A DNA stretch of 64,000 bases, taken from NCBI RefSeq assembly GCF_963921235.1, contig NC_086097.1, forward strand, positions 20,586,001-20,650,000, in the 5' to 3' direction. The translations under genes were made by a program, and so were the position numbers. Every line of letters starts with the position of its first letter. The stretch's first letter is position 1. The notes below the pieces were generated by a model, which ran no database searches, was not told the origin of the DNA, and saw only the letters and a list, made by a program, of their open reading frames with translations. The stretch is from Mobula hypostoma. Lineage: Eukaryota. Below, piece after piece: positions 63,626-64,000 of the stretch.

Positions 63626-64000
63626 TAGCAGGTAAGAGGAGCATGATGGTCAAATGAAGCCATTTGCTGGAGGGGGAGAAGAAAGTGTTGAGACAGAGGC
63701 TGGTGGGTGAAAGTATAAGAAGAGACACACACAAAACACTGGAGGAACTCAGCAGATTAGGCAACATTTATGGAAAAGAACAAACAGTCGACGTTTTGGG
63801 CTGAGACCATTCTTCAGGACTGAGAAGGAAGGGGAATGATACCTGAATAAAAAAAGGCAGGGGAGGGCAAAGAGGCTCGATGGAAGGTGATAGAAGCCAA
63901 GTTGGTGGGAAAGGTCAAGGGCTGGAGAAGAGAGAACCTGATAGGAGAGGAGAGTGGACCATAGGAGAAAGGGAAGGAGGTGGGAACCCAGGGGGAAGAA

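Overview
Eukaryotic, repeat-dominated genomic DNA. The repeat mix (CR1, Rex1/Babar, L1, Penelope, V-SINE, Tc1, hAT) and the gene sequences suggest a cartilaginous fish, probably a ray (inference). Two + strand multi-exon genes can be reconstructed by hand from GT-AG splice sites and remembered similarity to the human proteins. These are the last six coding exons of VIPAS39 (4060-30847, polyA signal 31409) and, 2.9 kb downstream, the first nine coding exons of adenylate kinase 7 (AK7, ATG 33718, continuing past the window end). Nearly all long ORFs in the track are retroelement or transposon fragments. The most interesting non-genic structures are: minimal hammerhead-ribozyme motifs in Penelope termini; a rearranged Penelope insertion with a 17-bp TSD, inverted ends and a reiterated 35-nt segment; a 24 x 35-bp hairpin-rich minisatellite between the two genes; and a ~1.3-kb probable solo LTR nested in a LINE and carrying a SINE. 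No CRISPR, rRNA or true tRNA genes were found. I cannot claim a wholly new system. The candidates below need the stated checks.
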